Source of the DNA: Spirochaetaceae bacterium | Lineage (GTDB): Bacteria > Spirochaetota > Spirochaetia > DSM-2461 | Assembly: GCA_965224705.1 (NCBI GenBank) | Contig: OZ245056.1 | Span: 2,624,001 to 2,688,000, forward strand | Reading direction: 5' to 3' | Length of the DNA: 64,000 nucleotides | In this document: one piece after another, positions 61,376 through 64,000 of the stretch | Layout of the letters: each line of letters opens with the position of its first letter | Position numbering within the stretch: position 1 is the first letter of the stretch | Made by a program: the position numbers and the translations under genes | The notes under the pieces: model-generated | What the model was told of the DNA's origin: nothing | The model's database searches: none | The model's input: the letters and a program-made list of their open reading frames with translations, nothing else

Positions 61376-61429
61376 GGTATTCTCTGGACAAAGCAATGCG
61401 AATGTGCTAATCGTTGTAAATCTGTTCAA

Positions 61430-61606
61430 CCCCACAGTGCCCGGGATTAGTAATTGAGAATTACGGATTCGGGTTAAAAGGGAATCCGGTGCAAATCCGG
61501 AACGATCCCGTCACTGTAATTGGATTATCCACCATGAATGTCACTGTTCCATTGGAATGGGAAGGCGGTGGATGTTAATCATAAGTCAGGAAACCTGCTG
61601 TATGGG
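61430..61606 (+). promoter_or_regulatory. Cobalamin riboswitch
   Basis: AAAAGGGAATCCGGTGCAAATCCGG, CCCGTCACTGTAA, CACTG...TGGGAAG and B12 box AGTCAGGAAACCTGC; boundaries approximate. Confidence 0.93.
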
Positions 61607-61719
61607 TCCCACAGATAACACTCTTCGAGGAGAGAGTCGTTATCACGGATGCCATTCCGTCGTCGATTATCTCCTCCAATTCATTGGAGGTATCGGGTTG
61701 ATATCAGCCTGTCGTATTT

Positions 61720-62601
61720 ATGGTAAACAAATTAACAGAGTCATTGCCCCTGTTAGTGGGATTATTCATTCTCATGAGCTGTGTTTCAACTGAGTCCGAT
61801 AATTCAGTCAGGGTTGCAGAGCCTGTAATCCTTATCGCAGGTTTCGGAAGCAGTTACGATACGGGAATTGCCAACCTGGAAGATTTTGATGTCCGTATAC
61901 GGCAGAGTTTTCCAGACAACGAGGTTTTATGGGGTTTTACATCTTCCTTCATTGTCAACAAACTGCGCAAAACCGGCACAACAACTCTCTTTGATTCCAG
62001 AGTTCCCCTCTTCAGTCTTGAGGAAGCCTATCATCACCTTCTGGAACAGGGCCGCAGAAATGTACTGGTTGTTATATTCCACATCATGAGGGGAGTCAAG
62101 CATAAGCAGGTACTGGACACACCGACTCCTGGTCTCAATGTAAAATACATCCACCCCTTACTCTATTATGAGGAAAACATTGAAAACTCCGTTCTTGCCC
62201 TTGAGGATAAAATTGCCAGTACCGATGAAACGGCTACTGTATTCTGTGCTCACGGTAATGGAAAAAACCCCCAGTACAATGCTGAACTGGAGATGATCAA
62301 CAACTACCTGCAGTTCCATTATAAAAACACGTATCTGGTCAGCCTGGAAGGAACTCCATCCTGGGAACCAATTCGCAGAAAAATTCTCGAGTCAGGGGTT
62401 TCGAGAGTACAGTTTATTACTTACATGCTGACCTTCGGGGATCATATGCTGAATGATGTCTCAGGAGATGAAGACGATTCCCTGAAGAGTCAGCTGGGAC
62501 TTCCGGCCGAAGTTACCGATGGATTGGCTGCCATGCCCGGTTTCCAGAACATGTTCATCGACAGAATTGAGGACACTCTGGAACAGTTCAAAGGTCTGTA
62601 G
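61720..62601 (+). CDS. cbiK: CbiK-like cobalt chelatase with a lipoprotein signal
   Basis: ILIAGFGSS, FTS.FI..KL, AHG and GDH histidine motifs, EGTP; leader ends ILMSC. Confidence 0.82.
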   Translation: MVNKLTESLPLLVGLFILMSCVSTESDNSVRVAEPVILIAGFGSSYDTGIANLEDFDVRIRQSFPDNEVLWGFTSSFIVNKLRKTGTTTLFDSRVPLFSLEEAYHHLLEQGRRNVLVVIFHIMRGVKHKQVLDTPTPGLNVKYIHPLLYYEENIENSVLALEDKIASTDETATVFCAHGNGKNPQYNAELEMINNYLQFHYKNTYLVSLEGTPSWEPIRRKILESGVSRVQFITYMLTFGDHMLNDVSGDEDDSLKSQLGLPAEVTDGLAAMPGFQNMFIDRIEDTLEQFKGL

Positions 62602-62613
62602 GCAGATTCAAAC

Positions 62614-63645
62614 ATGAGGATGCTGATCCTTTGCCTGATTACCGTATCATCTTTTCTGTGGGGAGGGGGAAGAGGTGAGTCTGGCAGCATGCTGTCCAAT
62701 GATCCTCCTTCCCATGTTACAGTGACTGATTTCTTTGACAGGGAAGTTCGGGTTCCTCTTCCCGTCGAAACGCTGATAACCTTGAACTCCGGGATGACTG
62801 AAATTGTAGCGGCTCTTGGGGCTGTCGATCGTACAGTGGGAAGGGATAGTTTCAGCACCTTCCCATCCTTCATGAAGAGTGTCCCTGTTACAGGAAAAAA
62901 CTCCTCAAGTCCCAATATGGAAAGAATCCTTGCTCTCAAACCTGATTTACTGCTTGCTGATGCCATGTTTGATGAGGACAGGATAGCGATACTTGAAAAT
63001 CGGAATATCTCAGTCATTATTGAGTCAACCAGCAATCCAGAGCGGCTTCCCAGCCTTGTCAGGAACCTGGGCGCCATCCTTCAGGAAGAGTCCCGTGCGG
63101 AAAAGGTTTTGAGCTTCACGAACAAAACCCTCAAAGACGTATTAAAAGAGGTGGCGGCCATCAATCCCGAAAATCGAAACAAACCCTCCGTTTATTTTGA
63201 GAATCGAAAACAGAATAAAAGTGTCTCCGTACTTTCCGGCCATGATGTTTTTATCGGCTATGCCGGCGGTATGAACATTGCAGCCGACGAACCGGTAAAA
63301 TTCCCTGAACTAAGCCCGGAATTCATCGCGATGTCGAATCCTGATGTTATTATCCGCAGGGTAAGCGGAGATATAACCAGCAAGGCGATGGAAGCTATGC
63401 GATCATCCATCATGGCCAGACCAGGATTGAAATCGGTGGATGCTGTACGAAATGACAGAGTCTACATAATTAAATCCGACCTGTTTATTTCCCTTCGCTA
63501 TCCCGTGGGGATTGTGTATCTGGCCAGCCGCTTTCATCCCGATGTGTGGACATTGAGTCCTGAAAAAATCCATAAGTACTATGTCGATACCCTTTTCGGG
63601 GAGGACGAGTGGAGAAACATAGAGGAAGATTATGTCTATCCCTGA
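62614..63645 (+). CDS. ABC transporter substrate-binding protein (BtuF/FepB-like)
   Basis: VTDFFDREV, NMERILALKPDL, AVRNDRVY; lies under the riboswitch. Confidence 0.9.
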   Translation: MRMLILCLITVSSFLWGGGRGESGSMLSNDPPSHVTVTDFFDREVRVPLPVETLITLNSGMTEIVAALGAVDRTVGRDSFSTFPSFMKSVPVTGKNSSSPNMERILALKPDLLLADAMFDEDRIAILENRNISVIIESTSNPERLPSLVRNLGAILQEESRAEKVLSFTNKTLKDVLKEVAAINPENRNKPSVYFENRKQNKSVSVLSGHDVFIGYAGGMNIAADEPVKFPELSPEFIAMSNPDVIIRRVSGDITSKAMEAMRSSIMARPGLKSVDAVRNDRVYIIKSDLFISLRYPVGIVYLASRFHPDVWTLSPEKIHKYYVDTLFGEDEWRNIEEDYVYP

Positions 63646-64000
63646 TCACTCCATAAGCAGGAAACTTCTTCTTCGACGGCATAGAAGACGCTGGATACTA
63701 TCCGGTACATCCCTGATACTTCTCTGCATGGCTGTCCTGTCCGCCGGCCTTGGTTCTGTCCGGATATCACCGGTTGATGTGTGGGCTTCCATCAGAGCTG
63801 GATTGAACGGAAACAGGCCTGAATCCCTGAACCCCGGGATCGTATCAGTCATCTGGGACATCAGACTGCCCAGAATCATGATGGCTCTGTTTGCCGGGAT
63901 GAGTTTATCTCTGGGAGGAGCGGCCATGCAGGGTATAATGCGTAATCCCATGGTCAGTCCCTATACGCTGGGTATATCGGCCGCTTCAGCTTTTGGGGCA
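63632..64000 (+). CDS. ABC transporter permease (BtuC/FecCD), partial
   Basis: ATG 63632; IWDIRLPR...GAAMQGIMRNPMVSPYTLGISAASAFGA runs off the window. Confidence 0.9.
   Translation, partial: MSIPDHSISRKLLLRRHRRRWILSGTSLILLCMAVLSAGLGSVRISPVDVWASIRAGLNGNRPESLNPGIVSVIWDIRLPRIMMALFAGMSLSLGGAAMQGIMRNPMVSPYTLGISAASAFGA

Noticed and set aside
61557..61793. 78-aa ORF upstream of cbiK
   Set aside because: It overlaps the riboswitch and its expression platform

Overview
Mostly core chromosome of a bacterium that looks like a member of the Spirochaetaceae. This is an inference from the murG-holB-like-hk2-rrp2-like gene order, the long PPi-dependent PFK, spirochaete-style lipoprotein leaders and a stand-alone tRNA-Ile. 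The window holds recCBD, tRNA-Ser/SRP RNA/dnaX-ybaB-recR, divergent gdhA and gltBD, purU, pfp, dsbD, murG, a sigma54 two-component pair, psuGK, rsmE, cbiF-cbiG-cbiH, and a cobalamin riboswitch leading a CbiK-like lipoprotein and an ABC transporter. The most notable content is a set of nested non-autonomous elements. (i) A transposase-less ISAs1-type shell (36844-38990) carries a tandem pair of Rpn-family nuclease genes; each has a leaderless-looking promoter and a strong internal SD-ATG, the layout of a gene-within-gene toxin/antitoxin. (ii) A 398-bp ISAs1-ended MITE is present twice with 10-bp target duplications, and one copy rewrote the cbiH C-terminus. (iii) A CTAG-targeting MITE occurs in three sizes: one copy is nested in (ii), and another sits in frame inside a lipoprotein signal peptide. 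All calls come from reading motifs by eye; no database search was run.
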